Assembly (NCBI GenBank): GCA_951406725.2
Contig: OX597827.1
Location: 36,518,001 to 36,582,000, forward strand
Source: Octopus vulgaris
Taxonomy: Eukaryota
Reading direction: 5' to 3'
DNA length: 64,000 bases
Program-made: the position numbers and the translations under genes
Notes under the pieces: generated by a model
The model's database searches: none
What the model was told of the DNA's origin: nothing
What the model saw: only the letters and a program-made list of their open reading frames with translations
Shown here: positions 30,088 through 44,732 of the stretch, piece by piece
Position numbering within the stretch: position 1 is the first letter of the stretch
How the letters are laid out: each line of letters opens with the position of its first letter

Positions 30088-30573
30088 AAACATATATACA
30101 AGGAATAATCGGTACAATATTACCATGAAATCTTCCGGCAAGTGCACACATACTAACCTAACGTAATTATTTGGGACTGAAAGGGAAAACTATGTTTTGT
30201 CATAGAGGATCGTTGCCCTATAGATTTTCTTCCACAATCTGTGAAGTAGAATATATTTATGGGAAACTGCTCCGCAGGCTGCGCCTCATTATAAGTACAC
30301 ATTTAAACGAATAAATACTGGTGATCAGTTAACATGCTCTTTACAAATACATCTTGTAAAGGGAACAGTTAACATGTGCGAAACTTTTCTAAAGTTCAGC
30401 ATATATCATTTATAGGTGTTTGTTAACTATATTCCTGGTGATGGAAGTTTGATTCTTAGTAACTAGCTTCTTCTAGGAAGAATTCAAATAAGGAAACATA
30501 CAGATATCAGTACAATCAGTACATAATATTTATACAAAAGTATTCAATTATGTGTATATTATTATCCTTTCTA

Positions 30574-31142
30574 AGGCGGCGAAATGCTTAGCGGTATTAC
30601 GTCTGCCGTTATGTTCTGAGTTTAAATTCCGCCGAGGTCGACTTTGCCTTTCATTCTTTCGGGGTCGATAAATTAAGTACCAGTTACGCACTGGGTCGAT
30701 GTAATCGACTCAATCTGTTTGTCTGTCCTTGTTCGTCCCCTCTGTGTTTAGCCCCTTGTGGGTAGTAAAGAAATAGGTATTTCGTCTGCCGCTACGTTCT
30801 GAGTTCAAATTCCGCCGAGGTCGACTTTGCCTTCCATCCTTTCGGGGTTGATAAATTAAGTACCAGATACGCACTGGGGTCGATGTAATCGACTCAATCC
30901 ATTTCTCTGTCCTTGTTTTCCCCCTCTGTGTTTAGCCCCTTGTGGGTAGTAAAGAAATAGGTATTTCGTCTGCCGCTACGTTCTGAGTTCAAATTCCGTC
31001 GAGGTCGACTTTGCCTTTCATCCTTTCGGGGTCGATAAATTAAGTACCAGTTACGCACTGGGGTCGATGTAATTGACTTAACCCGTTTGTCTGTCCTTGT
31101 TCGTCCCCTATGTGTTTAGCCCCTTGTGGGTAGTAAAGAAAT
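30574..31142 (+). mobile_element. Family A SINE tandem trimer
   Basis: Units start near 30593, 30776 and 30960 (about 183-bp period). Confidence 0.9.
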
Positions 31143-32139
31143 ATATATTATTATCCTTTCTTAGCCCAATTCATCCTCTCATTTAGTTGACCTATGATCA
31201 AAGACACTCCGATAATGGATATTTCCTGTTCTAAGGATGTAACTGCTACTATATCATTTGTATTTATAAGTGGTTGATTTAGCTGCTTTTCTAGCATGTT
31301 GAGTAAACCAAATAGAGGTTTTACTTTTGACTTTTCAGTTAGTTTGTGGTAAATAGGCAACAGCTTTCAATCTTAGTCATACATACACACCTGTATACTA
31401 GTACGTACTTATTTGTGCAACATATCTCATTTCTGGTGACATATTTGATTATTCATTTTTTCTTTTACTTGTTTCAGTCATTTTAACTGCAGCCATGCTG
31501 GAGCAGCACCTTGAGGAGTTTTAATCGAACAAATCGACCCCTGTACTTATTTTTAAGCCTTGTACTTATTCTATCGGTCTATTTTGTCGAACTACTTCCA
31601 CAATATTGAACATACTGGTGATAATAATATTAATTAATGAATTAGTAATTAAAATACACTATGTAAGAAGGAGCTCTGATAGCCTTATATTACTAGGTAT
31701 ATACTATAATTCAGGGAGCTCTAGAAGACCTATATTATTAAAATACTTAGGGATAGATTATTATTAAATATTATTAGGGATAGATTATTATTAAAATACT
31801 TAGGGATAGATTATCTACGGCATAAAACTGGTTCACCTTTTCACTACAAAATACTTCAAACTCCTGACAATTACTGACATATTGAATAAGTACTAGGCTT
31901 AAAAAAAATAAGTCCTGAGATCGATTTGCTCGACTAAAGGCGGTGCTCCAGTATGACCGCAGTCAAATGTGTCAGTAATATTACTTTTACATTTGGCAGG
32001 AGATGGCTTCAGAAAGACACTTCTGATCACATCCATAAAGGGGTCATTTGACTAATTGGCATACATTCTTGGCCCAGCATTAACTGCAAGGCTCAGTCTT
32101 TCCTCCTTAGAAAGTTTTAATACGTTAAGGACATCAGTC

Positions 32140-32179
<40 letters not shown>

Positions 32180-32190
32180 GCATAGGTGTG

Positions 32191-32256
<66 letters not shown>

Positions 32257-32257
<1 letters not shown>

Positions 32258-32569
32258 TAGTATCACCCGGTGTTGCTTGGGTTTGTTTCGACCCTTTAGA
32301 ATTGGAATTTTTAAAAAGTAAAAATTTTGCATTATGCAACTTGTTATTCTCTTCAAGTGAACATTTTTCCAGTTGAAATACACCGAAAAATGGTGACACA
32401 CCAGTCAAAAATCGTAAAAAATAGGGATTTTCATAGAAAAAAAGCACCTTTTTGATGAAAATAATTTTTGGTGTTAACATGGTCCGATTTGAATTTATCT
32501 TCTACAGGGTCTCGAAGGAGATAGTGTTAGTTGAAGGCTACCAAACCTGCCAAACACAGACAACTTCAG

Positions 32570-32578
<9 letters not shown>
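32257..32578 (-). mobile_element. Non-autonomous Helitron (internally deleted copy)
   Basis: Minus-strand 3' hairpin CCCAAGCAACACCGGG then CTAG|T; homologous to 33579-33967. Confidence 0.75.
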
Positions 32579-32606
<28 letters not shown>

Positions 32607-32629
32607 ATTCTTTGATTATTTTATTCGTT

Positions 32630-33118
<489 letters not shown>

Positions 33119-33246
33119 ACGAAGAGCAAGCGTGCCGACGTCGGGAATCGAACCCACACACACAGACACACACACATATATACATATTAATAACTGATAT
33201 AAGTCAATTGTTGATCAATTTTTCTCCATTTTCTGTTTTCTTTATA

Positions 33247-33293
<47 letters not shown>

Positions 33294-33438
33294 ACGTAAC
33301 CACACACACACACACACATATATCGGAATGATATTGTATGTTATCCATCTTATCCATCTTTGATTTTCGAATACTGGCCACGTTGAATTATTTTAACTCA
33401 ATTCATTGTAAGTACACGCATGTGCATGATCTCCCACG

Positions 33439-33521
<83 letters not shown>

Positions 33522-33578
33522 TCACACGCACACACAGTTACACACTTATACATATATTCACTTACACTTATACTAATA

Positions 33579-33967
33579 CTAGCAGTATCACCCAGCGTTG
33601 CTCGGGCTTGTTTCGACCCTTTAGAATTGGAATTTTTGAAAATTAAAAATTTTGCATTATGTAGCTTGTTATTCTCTTTAAGTGAACATTTTCCCAGTTG
33701 AAATACACCGAAAAATGGTGACACAGCAGTCAAAAAATCGCAAAAAAGTAGTGATTTTCATAGAAAAAAAAAGCACCTTTTTGATGAAAATAATTTTTGG
33801 TGTTAATATGGTCCAATTTGAATTTTTTCTTCTACGAAAGGAAGAGCAAGCCTTCTTCTATCATACTTTCAATTTTGGTCAACTTGCTCCGCAGGGTCTC
33901 GGAGGAGATAGTGTTAGTTGAAGGCTACCAAACCTGCCATACACAGACAACTTCAGCTTTATATAGA
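33579..33967 (-). mobile_element. Non-autonomous Helitron
   Basis: 5' TCTATATAAAGC, 3' hairpin CCCGAGCAACGCTGGG + CTAG|T; no TSD. Confidence 0.8.
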
Positions 33968-34089
33968 AATAAAACAGACTGAAGTGAAATTTATGAAGAA
34001 AAAATATAAAAAAAAACAAACAACAGATATGAAAAAATACTGAAAAGAAAAAAGACAACTAAGGCAAGTATGAGGCAAGAAAATCCCTT

Positions 34090-34845
34090 TCACAGCATGA
34101 AACATCTCAGACATGGCTGAGCAAGACCAAAGGTTTCTTTTGTAGTATCTACCAAAATTTTATAATTAATTACATCAAATAACTGTGGAGACTGCTAAGA
34201 AAGAATTAACAGCATTGTTTTTAGCTGTCCAGTTTTATTCCGGAAAGAATACATCTACTGGCATACCGGAATTGAAGCTTTCATGCACTGGAAGTTACGG
34301 GAGCATTATTTGTAATCGAAAAGAACAAATGGAATAAAATTGACACCAAAAAAGATGACATGACAGTGTCAACATCCTCTGGAGATATCTCAAATAGCAT
34401 AGACACGAAGATTATGCTAATATACCAGATATCGTTATCAAGGCTAATAAGAAAGACAGTAGCTCCAGGTCGGAATGTTTGTGCTGATGTGTGTATTATG
34501 TTCCTCTAAAAGGAATACAGAATTATCAAAATGCTAAGATCCTGAAGGAGGAAACTGAAAGTAAACAATCTATAATAAACGGGTGTATTGGGAAGAATTC
34601 AAAATAATTTAGATAATCACAACCCAAACACCAGGGTATATACATATGCAACTTACAGAAAATAGCACTACTGCACACATTATTTTGAGTACTTTCAATA
34701 CAGCAACACTATCACTGATAGTACTCACTTGAGTACTGTCAATACATTAGTAAACACATTAAAATACTGCACATATCCAAGGCTGTACTCGGTTGTGTAG
34801 TGGAAGTATACAATAAAAATAAGAGTAAATGAAAATAAGAGTAAT
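34090..34845 (+). pseudogene. Very decayed R4/Dong-type LINE 3' end
   Basis: PDIVIK..K, GVLGRI-like remnants, AATAAAA, then a long (TAA)n. Confidence 0.55.
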
Positions 34846-34846
34846 G

Positions 34847-34926
<80 letters not shown>

Positions 34927-35000
34927 TGATGATGATGATGATAACAATAATAATAACAATAATAATAATAATAATAATAATAATGATGATGATGATAATG

Positions 35001-35076
<76 letters not shown>

Positions 35077-35089
35077 TAATAATAATGAT

Positions 35090-35595
35090 AAATGCCCTGA
35101 TGCTGTATCAGGCAGTGACTTTCATGGCTCTTGGTATAAAAGATGAGCTACAGTAAATATTCTACTCAATACCACAGATTTGCTTGTCAGTTGTTTGACC
35201 TTAACCAGATGAGCACGTCCCTTAGTGGTTGACGATATATGCACGAGTAGAAGCAGTGGGGGAGCATCATAGTCATGTGTTGAAAGGAATTCTTTGAGGT
35301 TTGGATAATTCACCTCTGGAAACATGGGTGTTTCGTTCAACATCCTTAAACAACCCTTATTCATGGACCTTTTGAACGGGATGGGCTACTCAATCTGAAC
35401 AAAATTCTATCTGGGTCCCATCTGCAAGGCCATGCGCTGTTAATCTTGATATGAGACTACCATGTCGCGCACATATGGTTGTGGTGATGCATGTGCCTGG
35501 CGTACCCTTATCAGACAGGTAGTCATGATGGGTATACTGGACTTCGTATATTTTACCCTATTGTCATTTTGATGGCATGAACTGCTCTCTCATTC

Positions 35596-35596
<1 letters not shown>
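35090..35596 (+). mobile_element. ~0.5-kb TAA-bounded non-coding element
   Basis: Homologous to 35655-36147 and 9022-9425; ends CTGCTCTCTCA(C/T)TC(AAT)n. Confidence 0.85.
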
Positions 35597-35654
<58 letters not shown>

Positions 35655-35656
<2 letters not shown>

Positions 35657-36147
35657 GATGAACATTGTTTTGTCTTGGTATAAAAGATGGGCTACAGCAA
35701 ATATTCTGCTCAATACCACAGATTTGCTTGTCAGTTGTTTGACCATAACCAGTTGAGCATGTCCCTTAGTGGCTGACAATACGTGCATCTCTGATCACGA
35801 GCAGAAGTAGTGGGGGAGCATTATGGCCATGTGTTGAGAGGGATTCTTTGGAGTTTGAATAATTCACCTCTGGAAACATAGGTGTTTCGTTAAACATCCT
35901 AAAGCAACCCTTATTCAGGGACCTTTTGAGCAGCATGGGCTACTCGACCTGAAGAAAATTCTAACTGGACCCCACCTGCAAGGTCATGTGCTGTTTATCT
36001 TGATATGAGATCACTATGTCGCGCACATATGGTTGTGATGCATGTGCCTGGTGTACCCTTATCAGACGGGTAGTCATGATGGGTATACTGGGCTTCGTAT
36101 ATTTTACCCCAGTGTCACTTTGATGGCATGCACTGCTCTCTCACTCA
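35655..36147 (+). mobile_element. ~0.5-kb TAA-bounded non-coding element
   Basis: As above; separated from the neighbouring copy by (TAA)n. Confidence 0.85.
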
Positions 36148-36162
36148 ATAATAATAATAATG

Positions 36163-36263
<101 letters not shown>

Positions 36264-36311
36264 TATAATAATAATAATAATAATAATAATAGTAATAATA
36301 ATAATAATGGT

Positions 36312-36500
36312 GTCTGATTTAGATACAGTGCCAGCAATTTTAAGAGCAAGGAGTCAGTACCATCGACCCGAGTACTTGACTGGTACTTTATCTAGCAAAG
36401 GGATGAAGTTGGCCTCGGGGGAAATAGAACTCAGAACGCAAATAATGAAGACAAATGCCACAAGGCGTTTTGTCCAACGCTTTAACGATTTTGCCAATAA
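36312..36500 (-). mobile_element. Diverged family A SINE at the start of Hhex intron 1
   Basis: Reverse-complement Nin-like domain and head, starting within about 10 bp of the splice donor. Confidence 0.7.
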
Positions 36501-36508
36501 TGTCTTAC

Positions 36509-37660
36509 CTTTGGAAAATGAGTTATGTCTGTCAACAAAATGATATTCTATCGCAGCTCTGCTTGGATATGGTGGTGAATAAATATGTCCTAGGGGATGG
36601 TTATGTCCTGGATGGTAGCTATGTAAACTGGTCGGACTGTGTAGGTAGGTAGTGCTGGCTGCCATCAATCCGTGGCTGTCGTAAATGGCAAGAGGTTTAC
36701 AAATTGTCGCCGTACTGGCCGTTTGCAAAAGTGCCGGGTTCAAAGGCGTGGGTCTCTGAGGTTGGTGTTGTTGCTGATGCTCAAAATGATGGTTATATTG
36801 ATTATTCTGTTGTTGCTGCTGTTGTTGGTGTTGGTGATGGTAGTGGTGATATTGCTGTGCTTGTTGTTCATGCTGTTGTTCTTGTTGCTGTTCTGGTTGT
36901 TCTTGGTGCTCTTGTTGTAATAGATGGTACTGGTGGTGGTTATGTTGGTGGTTATGCTGATGATTGTTGCTGCTACTGTTGTTGTTGTTGTTGTTGCTTG
37001 TCCTGCCGCTGTTATTGCTATTATTATTGTTGTTGTGGTACGCTTGATGGAAAAGTAGGTGATGATGATGATGGTGAAGGAGCAGGTGGTTGTGATTGGT
37101 GATGTTGCTGTTGTTATTGTTGTTTTGTGAAAGCTGATACGGGTAAAATAAGGATGGTGGTAGCAGTGTTCTTAGCGGAGGCGACTGCGGACTGGGGCAT
37201 CCACCGCCCACATCGCTGCTCATGTTACTCGAACTACCGATTGTACTACGTCCTGCACTGCAGCCAATGGGGGTGTTAGAATGGTCCAGTGAGGATAGCG
37301 TTGCAGCAGTAAATGGTGATGGTGTTGATGATGATGATGATGATGATGATGATAATGATGATGACGATGATGACGACGATGATGATGATGACGATGTAGT
37401 CAAAAGAACAGCTGTGGTGGTTGTGGTGGTGGTATTGGTGGTTGTTGTGTTGTTACCTAGGATATCATCGATTAAGAAAGAGGTATGACCGCCACTAATT
37501 CCACGCGCACCACCTCTGCTACCACTTTCATTTCCGTTATTATTATTATTATTGTTGCTGTTATTATTATTATTGTTATTATTAATATTATTATTATTAT
37601 TATTAACTGTTGTTATGCTAGAAGGGTTGTTGTTGTTCATGTCGCTGTTGATGTTGCTGC

Positions 37661-37694
<34 letters not shown>

Positions 37695-37946
37695 ATGGTT
37701 GTTGTTTTTGCTGCAGTTGTGGTGGTTGTGGTTATTGTTGATGATGATAAGTCCACCGTCGGACCCGAACGCACCGAGACCTCTTCTCAATCCGAGGCCT
37801 GCTGACCTCAGCGACGACGCTAGTGACGGTGATGTCGGATGAGTGAAACGAGCTTGTAGGTGGGCGTGGCTTCGTGTGTGCAAGTCGGAAGTCCAGTGGT
37901 CGAAGCCGACGGGGCAATGTGCAGCGGGTGTTGCAGGGTGCAGCAT
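36509..37946 (-). CDS. HHEX: Hhex/Prh-like homeobox transcription factor, first coding exon (N-terminal domain only)
   Basis: Open frame from ATG at 37946 (MLHPATPAAH...) contains an eh1/Groucho motif TSFLIDDILG (HHEX TPFYIEDILG), RPTPLNP, KPLAIYD and a Y..FVDRHN end. It is followed by a canonical donor AAG|GTAAGA at 36509/36508; 1438 nt gives a phase-1 intron, the position where Hhex intron 1 falls before the homeodomain exon. Orthology is inferred from motifs; the homeodomain is not seen. Confidence 0.75.
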
Positions 37947-37949
37947 CAC

Positions 37950-38030
37950 TAGAGAGAGGAAGAGAGTGAAAGCTAGAGAGAGCGAGAGAGAGAGAGAGAG
38001 GAAGAAGGAGAGAGCGAGCGAGCGAGCGAG

Positions 38031-38099
<69 letters not shown>

Positions 38100-38150
38100 A
38101 TGGAGTATTAGTAGGATTATATACCAATTATATTCTCTGTGACGTACATT
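37950..38150 (-). promoter_or_regulatory. Putative 5' UTR/core promoter of the Hhex-like gene: (CT)n tract and TATA-like TATATAA
   Basis: Long (CT)n immediately upstream of the ATG; TATATAA on the minus strand near 38117-38123. Positional inference only. Confidence 0.3.
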
Positions 38151-38522
38151 GAAACAAAATTATTCGCAATTTGGAACCAGTGGCCCCAAAGGCTACAAGC
38201 ACTTAATAATATGAGGGCATACATGTATACGTGTATCTGTGTGTGTGTATGTGTGTGTGTGTGCGTGCGTGCGCGCGTGCGAGTGTGTACGTGTGTCTAT
38301 AAGCAGCATTCAGATGCGTGCCACTGGCAACTCTGGTGTTTTCCTTGGCACATTTTTGTTTATATATATGTGTGTGTGTGAGTGTGTGTGTGTGTGTGTG
38401 TATGTGTTTTTGTATATGTGTGTGTGTGTATGTATGTATATGTAGATAACATATAGTTGAAAATGCGGAAAAGAAATTATGATTTTGTCATTTATGTAAT
38501 TAATAAATAGTAATAACTGATT

Positions 38523-38570
<48 letters not shown>

Positions 38571-39416
38571 GCCGCGGCACAACGAAAGGATACGGATGAA
38601 TTGAACTCCGAGTACCTAAACGGAGAAAAACAAGACAAAATGTGCGTGTGGGGGCGGGTGTATGTGTGTATGTTTGATAGTTATTTGTAATCTAGGCACA
38701 AGGCCTTGAAAACTTTGGGAGAAGGGTGATAGTCGACCCCCAGCGCGTAACTGGTACTTATTTCATCGACCTCGAAAGGACGAAAGGCAAAGTAGACCTT
38801 GGTGGAAATTGAACTCAGAACGTAGCAGCAGTGTGTATGTATGAATAATAATACTATATCTCACTATATACTCTATCCACGGTAGGTGGTGGTAGTTTGA
38901 TCTCCAGACAGCCACACTCGTTGCTGTTTAACCACAGGTAATCCTCATCCAGTAGATCTACGATCCAAATCGTTCAAGTATAGTCATCATTCCATCTTTT
39001 TTAAATTCGTGCACAATGTACCTAGGACTACATTATCCAATATGTTCTTCGTTTTTTCAAGTAGATTTGTCCACTATTCCCAACAGATTGGACGACCATC
39101 TAGAGGCTCTCTTATAGGTTGTTTGTTGTCAGTAAAGAAGGTGGGAGCGACGCCCAGCACAGTAAAAACAGGAACGCCTGATCCGAAAGTCAGCACTAAA
39201 CAGATTGGTTGCGTTGGCTTGTCATATTATAAATGAGCATTGTAGCACAATAGTAGTAGTAGTAGTAGTAGTAGTGTGAACTCTTTCTCTTTCTCTCTCT
39301 TTCTCTCTCTCTCCCTTTCTCTCTCTCTTCCCCTCTCTCTCCCTCTTTCTTGTCGCTTTCTCTATGTCAGCCTTTCTTTTCCCACCCTTTCATTATTAAA
39401 AGATAGTTATACAATC

Positions 39417-39499
<83 letters not shown>

Positions 39500-39682
39500 T
39501 ACACAAACACAAACACACATATATACATACACACATACACACCACTACTTTAAAATCTTTCCTCTGATTGGTTGATTATTTTTGGCGGGGATTAATGTAT
39601 ATTTCTGTGTTCATGTATGCATGTGTCAGTGTGTGTGTGTGTATGTGTCAGTGCGTGAACTGGTTTATGTGTGGGTATGCAT

Positions 39683-39744
<62 letters not shown>

Positions 39745-40078
39745 GTGCGTGTGTATGTGTGTGTATCCCTTTATCATTCTTTTGCTTCAACCATTAGTCT
39801 GCTGTCATGCTCAGGCACCGCCTTGAAGAATTTTAACCGAATAAATAGGTCTTAATTTTTTTGCCGAACCGCTTGTATACGGGCATATAAACGCACCAGC
39901 TCCGGTTACCTCACGCATACACACACACACACACACACACACGCACATACACACACACATACACACACACATATATAAACAAATCCCCAAATTGGAACAA
40001 GAACGCAACAGACAACATTAAAACATCCGGACAGATAGACGATACAAAGACGGACAGGAAAAAGCAAGGACAGGTCAT

Positions 40079-40142
<64 letters not shown>

Positions 40143-40265
40143 TAGAAAAAAACCCCACCATTTATCAATTCAAAATGAACAATTGTGTAAAATTTGATAT
40201 AGTATTTCTAAAATGAATTTTTTTCCCTGTAAGTTTGGATTTATATTCCCTCAAATAATAATAAT

Positions 40266-40309
<44 letters not shown>

Positions 40310-41442
40310 GACAGGCCTGTTTCAGTTTCCGCCCACCAAATCCACCCACAAGGCTTTAGTCGTCTCGAGGTAACAGCAGAAGACTTTCACTCACGATGCC
40401 ACGCAGTGGGACCCAACCCGGGAAAATGTAGTTGGGAAAAGAACTTCTTACCACACTACCTCGCCTGAACTTCGGTCTCTTACTTGTTTCAGTCATTAAG
40501 CTGTGCCCATGCTGGGGCACCACCTTGAAGGGTCTCGTCGAGAAAATTGGCCCAGTAACATTTTGAAGCCTGGTATTTATTCCATCGATACTTTTTGCCG
40601 AACCGCTAATTTACAGGGGCGTTAGTAAACCAGAGCAGCTGTCAGGTGGTAGTGGAGGACGCACACGCGCACACACACACACACACACACATGTATGTAT
40701 GTATGTATGCATGCATGTGTGTGAGTGTGTGTGTGTGTGAGAGAGAGGACGCATGGCCTAATGGTCACGGTGTTACAGTCACGATCTCGAGATCGTGGGT
40801 TCAATTCCTAGACAGGGTAGTACGTTATGTTCTTGAGCAAAACTCCAACGATCACTTCGACACCTGACGTGTGGCACATCATGCTCCTGTTCAAGCAATG
40901 TCGATTTGATGAAGGGACTGAGCTAATGTACAGCACATACATATAAACAAATTACTATAAATCACTATAAACAAATTATTTCTGTGTGCCGTTCGACAGA
41001 AAAAGGTGAACACGCATTCGTCGTTTTTGACGGTTGAGTTCACCATATAATATATAAAATACAGATGTGCATGTATTCGCTTCTCTCGTGAAAACGGCTT
41101 CACCAATTGCTTCCATACTTGTGATGCATGAATAATTTGACCTCGGATACATGTTAGGCTCTTTATTTGATTTTTTTATTAAAAATTTAAAAGATATTGC
41201 TTTTTATATTAGATTCACGTTTTTGAATAGTTTTAAAAAGATAAATATTTTCTTCCGGTTTTCTAGCGCCAGTGACATAACAGCTACATATATGTATACA
41301 ATGCACCGTTTAATATTTACATTTTAACCGCTTCTACTTAATTTCAGTCACCTTTTTTTTTTACCCTGGTACATGAACGTCACAGCTTCTTATATATTTC
41401 TTTCTTGAAAATCTTACTCTTCACCTTGCTGATAGAAACATT

Positions 41443-41516
<74 letters not shown>

Positions 41517-41728
41517 GTATCGTAAATAAAGGAACATTTAATATTTTGGGAACTGCCTTTTTTGTGTTTCTTCAAAGGATTTCTGTTACTAAATCGAACG
41601 TAAAAGAAACAACTTAAGTGTCACACAATAATTTCTAGACCCGTATTAATTTCGTTTTTAGTACAGTAAACGGCAAGTTACTGCTGGCTTATAAACATGG
41701 GACATATCGCACTCAGACACAAATCTAT

Positions 41729-41759
<31 letters not shown>

Positions 41760-41762
<3 letters not shown>

Positions 41763-42650
41763 GCGGCGAGCTGACAGAAACGCCGGGCGAGAAATGCTTA
41801 CGTTCTGAGTTCAAATTCCACCGAGGTCGACTTTGCCTTTCATCCTTTCGGAGTCGATAAATTAAGTACTAGTTGCGCACTGGGGTCGATGTAATCGACT
41901 TGACCCATTTGTCTGTCCTTGTTTGTCCTCTCTATGTTTAGCCCCTTGTGGGTAGTAAAAAAATAGGTATTTCGTCTGCCGTTACGTTCTGAGTTCAAAT
42001 TCCGCCGAGGTCGACTTTGCTTTTCATCCTTTCGGGGTCGATAAATTAAGTACCAGTTACGTACAGCGGTCAATATAATCGACTTAATCCATTTGTCTCT
42101 CTTTGTTTGTCCTCTCTGTGTTTAGCCCCTTGTGGGTAGTAAAGAAATAGAAATAGGTATTTCGTCTGCTGCTACGTTCTGAGTTCAAATTCTGCCGATC
42201 GACTTTGCTTTTCATCCTTTCGGGGTTGATTAAATAAGTACCAGTTACGCATTGGGGTCGATATAATCGACTTAATCCGTTTGTCTGTCCTTGTTTGTCC
42301 CCTCTGTGTTTAGCCCCTTGTGGGCAGTAAAGAAATAGGTATTTCGTCTGTCCAAGGCGGTGAGCTGGCAGAAACGTTAGCACACCGGGCGAAATGCTTA
42401 GCAGTATATAGTCTGCTGCTACGTTCTGAGTTCAAATTCTGCCGAGGTTGACTTTGCCTTTCATCCTTTCGGGGTCGATTAAATAAGTACCAGTTACGCA
42501 CTGGAGTCGATATAACTGACTTAATCCGTTTGTCTGTCCTTGTTTGTCCTCTCTCTGTGTAGCCCCTCTTGGGCAGTAAAGAAATAGGTATTTCGCCTGT
42601 CGTTACGTTCTGAGTTCAAATTCCGCCGAGGTCGACTTTGCCTTTCTTCC
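41760..42650 (+). mobile_element. Family A SINE tandem array (about 5 units)
   Basis: Repeated ~185-bp units, with full heads at 41760 and 42354. Confidence 0.9.
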
Positions 42651-43290
42651 CCGAGCGGCTGTCCCCTTGGAATATGCCTTTGTGATACTGTATTCTATCA
42701 GTGATAATACAGTCATTCCTTGTGCTCAATTTCAAGACGGTGGTCTACGATGAAGTTAGATCAGCTATGGCTTTGACTATGCTCACTGGAACTTTAACAA
42801 ACGAAGGGCTTCTAGCATCCATGAGTGGGGAACAGAGTCAAAGACTTTTTTTGTAGTCTAGCCACATTGAATCTAGGTTCCTCCTATGCTCTCGCACCTC
42901 TGACATCACAGTTTTGTTGATTAAAAATTGCTCGGCACATCCCCAGACTCCCTTCTTCTCAGCTGTTTGTTCTGCTGTGATGATGTTCCCGGTTTTACAA
43001 AGATCCTGGAGGAAGAGGTTTAAACATCTTATACATTCAATTCTGGCATGCAATTGGCCGCTAGTTTTTTGCCATGTGGGTGGTTCTGCTTTGGGGGATC
43101 AGTTTTGTCTCGGCTAGAGCTAACCAGTGTGGCATGCTACTGTTCTCAATGAGAGCTTGCTGGTACAGATTGATGAGATATGGACAGTAGAATGTTAGCT
43201 TCTTGTACCAATATCCAACAATCAAGTCTTTTCCTGGAGTTTCTGGATCACAGTTGCAAGAGTTTCACCATTAATGGGTGTAACACAGCA
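42650..43290 (-). pseudogene. R4/Dong-type RT remnant
   Basis: KKGVWGCAEQFLINKTV, WLDYKK, DSVPHSWMLEAL and GIFQGD motifs. Confidence 0.8.
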
Positions 43291-43294
43291 AAAA

Positions 43295-43366
<72 letters not shown>

Positions 43367-44034
43367 TGTGTGTGTGTGTGTATCATATATTATATCATAT
43401 CATCATATGTATGTATATGACTGAAATCTGCACATATATATATATATGTGCGTGTGTGTTATAATAAGGATTTCTGAATGCTCCACCGGGGCAATCTCTA
43501 CTTAAGCGCTTGATCTGCTAAAAAAACCGAATCTCCATCAAGAGACATTATATATGTTACGTGTGTGGAAAAAAAAAAACAGGTGATTATGGATGAAGTG
43601 TTTTTGATCGTAGCTCAGCCAAACCAGGGAAGACCCGGAGTTAGAAGTTGATTATGTCAAATATGAGTGCGTGTATTTCCCTCTCTCTGGTTTTCTGTTT
43701 CTCTCACTCTTCCCCTCTTTCTTTCTCCCCGTGTATATAAATGTGTGTCTGTGTGCGCGTGTAAAAAGACTTTTAAAAATGCTTTTACACGCACACACAC
43801 ACACACACACATACACTTTATGGTTGTCATTTCTTCATGCATCGCCACCTTTCCAAGTTACAGTGTTAGGGCTTTCGCAACTATTCATAGACCCGCTCCA
43901 CCATATCGGCACGATCTAAAGACAAGCCAAAGTAAGAAGTTTAGTGTCAATAAAGATTGCATGATCAGAGGTGCAAGGACATTATGGCATCGAACAATGT
44001 AACAGCGTACATAATTTAATACATACACACACAC

Positions 44035-44065
<31 letters not shown>

Positions 44066-44097
44066 TACATACATACATACATACATACATACATACA

Positions 44098-44129
<32 letters not shown>

Positions 44130-44159
44130 GCCACGTGGTATGTTTATAAACCGGATGTT

Positions 44160-44732
44160 TGTGGTTTTCATCACTGCCTACAAAATATCTTTAAAACAAT
44201 TTTTAATGTATCATATAGATGTAATTTTTGTCGCAGAATTTGAATTTGTTATTCATTTATTCTAGAAAAATTTTGCAAAAGGTACTCAAAGTTTCATAAT
44301 TTTCAGACTTCAGCCAATCAGAAACAGCACGTTCGCTACCTCTTCCATCATCAGAGGGGAGGGGGAAGGCATCGACATGTCAAAACATTAAACTAGGATT
44401 TTATAAAATAGATTATCTTTCTCGTATCTCCTTCTCACTTTGTGCGCATGCGCAGCATCTTTGGTTACTAAGGAAACAGTTCTTCGCAGTCAGCTATGCA
44501 ATACATGGTGCTTCTTTGCTTTGGTTACTATGGAAATAGAAATTTTCACCACGGTGAAAATACTCGCTTCTGATTGGCTAAATTACACAAATTTTGCAAA
44601 TTTTAAAGGCTAATAACTTTTTAATTGTGGATTTATAGAAAAAATAAATTTCATTTTCATAATTAGTATGAATCCATATAACAAATTTGAAAACAATTGG
44701 AACAAAATTGCAAACAGTGACGAAAACCACAG
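44160..44732. mobile_element. Non-autonomous DNA element with imperfect inverted ends
   Basis: GTGGTTTTCATCACTG / CAGTGACGAAAACCAC ends; inner inverted AGCCAATCAGAA / TTCTGATTGGCT. Confidence 0.55.

Noticed and set aside
31151-31370. ORF with KVKPLFGLLN resembling piggyBac
   Set aside because: A single short motif with no TIR or TTAA evidence.
36354-38033. 559-aa ORF taken as a complete single-exon protein
   Set aside because: The N-terminal part is (CT)n upstream of the ATG at 37946, and the C-terminal 50 aa run past a strong donor into a SINE.
36672-38142. Plus-strand ORFs overlapping the Hhex exon
   Set aside because: Antisense shadows of trinucleotide repeats.
38165-38190. Minus-strand WFQ codons suggesting homeodomain helix 3
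   Set aside because: Context is HWFQIAN, not WFQNRR, and it lies upstream of exon 1.
41760-42650. Regularly spaced repeats resembling a CRISPR array
   Set aside because: Units are ~185-bp SINE monomers with no unique spacers, in a eukaryotic context with no cas genes.
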